Shown here: in pieces, positions 27,903-28,628 of the stretch
Position numbering within the stretch: the first letter of the stretch is position 1
Layout of the letters: each line of letters opens with the position of its first letter
Origin: Candidatus Hadarchaeum sp.
GTDB lineage: Archaea > Hadarchaeota > Hadarchaeia > Hadarchaeales > Hadarchaeaceae
Direction of reading: 5' to 3'
Assembly: GCA_038851515.1 (NCBI GenBank)
Contig: JAWCKT010000002.1
Location: forward strand, 1 to 28,628
Length of the DNA stretch: 28,628 nt
Notes under the pieces: model-generated
The model's input: only the letters and a program-made list of their open reading frames with translations
Told to the model about the DNA's origin: nothing
Database searches by the model: none
Made by a program: the position numbers and the translations under genes

Positions 27903-28628
27903 CTAATCGATTTTAACCGGAATTATTTTTCTGCTCTTGACGTCCACAAGACCTTTGTCAGTCAAACCGAGTTCAGGAACGGTGGGCAGTGAAATAAATG
28001 AAAGTGTCATGAAGGGCGCGTTAAGCTTGCAACCTAACTCTCTAGCGGCACGATTCAACCTGTCGAGTTTTCCGGTCACGATGTCTGGTGAAAGCGTGCT
28101 CATTAAACCGGCTACAGGCAGCTCAAGCTTTTCTAAAACCTTATTCCCTCTTACCGCCACCAAACCGCCTCGCATTCGCTGGATCTCGTTAACGGCCTTA
28201 GCCATGTCGACCTCGCTGGCACCAACCACGACGATGTTGTGGTGATCATGAGCCACTGAAGAAGCGATGGCTCCCTCCTCTAGCTCAAAGCCTTTTACGA
28301 ACGCCACCGCTACGTTTCCGGTCCTCTTATGTCTTTCAACGCAGGCTATTTTCAAAATATCATTACCTGTATCGGCGAGGATCTTGCCATCTCTGACCAT
28401 TAGCTCTGCCCTGATTTCTTTGTTTATTATCTGGCCCTCAATTATCTGGATTACCCTAACTACTTGGACCTCTTTATCACTACTTATCTCGAAGTCTGCT
28501 GGCGCTAATTTCCTCCTTATTTTGACCGTGTCGGTGCTCCATCCGGGCCATCTGTGCTCTTTCAATCTAACAAGCAATTTTCCATTCTTCGCCACTACTT
28601 TTCCGTTTGCAATCACGATCTCGGGCTT
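27903..28628 (-). CDS. ade: Adenine deaminase, C-terminal part (5' end lies outside the window)
   Basis: IACVERHKRTGN, AIASSVAHDHHNIVVVG, LELPVAGLMS, PFMTLSFISLPTVPELGLTDKGLVDV. The frame is open to the window edge. Confidence 0.92.
   Translation of the reverse strand, partial: KPEIVIANGKVVAKNGKLLVRLKEHRWPGWSTDTVKIRRKLAPADFEISSDKEVQVVRVIQIIEGQIINKEIRAELMVRDGKILADTGNDILKIACVERHKRTGNVAVAFVKGFELEEGAIASSVAHDHHNIVVVGASEVDMAKAVNEIQRMRGGLVAVRGNKVLEKLELPVAGLMSTLSPDIVTGKLDRLNRAARELGCKLNAPFMTLSFISLPTVPELGLTDKGLVDVKSRKIIPVKID

Overview
Archaeal chromosomal window made almost entirely of housekeeping genes. Evidence for archaeal origin: eS1, archaeal uS15, aRF1, KEOPS subunits, archaeal PyrH and ValRS, GGTGA/GGAGG ribosome-binding sites and TATA-like promoters. 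A deep euryarchaeal-type lineage such as Hadarchaeota is plausible but cannot be proven from the sequence. The left part is a minus-strand superoperon: kae1-bud32-HAM1-rps15-[opposite-strand thioredoxin-like gene]-DHH(GAN-like)-second DHH-pcc1-[flavodoxin with in-frame TAG]-methanogen-type serS-rps3ae-glmM-like. It is followed by tupABC (tungstate), a stand-alone Lrp/AsnC domain, an MBL hydrolase, a HemL-like aminotransferase, valS, DUF2116-pyrH, aRF1, a DJ-1/dadD/ahcY operon, a bacterial-type metG coupled to a PHP gene, a ribbon-helix-helix gene, an iron-sulfur flavoprotein and a partial adenine deaminase. I found no rRNA, tRNA, CRISPR array or mobile element. The most unusual signals are (1) metG appears to start at a non-canonical ATA codon, (2) an in-frame amber codon splits an otherwise intact flavodoxin, (3) two translationally coupled RecJ/Cdc45-like DHH paralogues sit in the rps15-pcc1 operon, and (4) kae1 and bud32 are in frame and separated by a single TGA.
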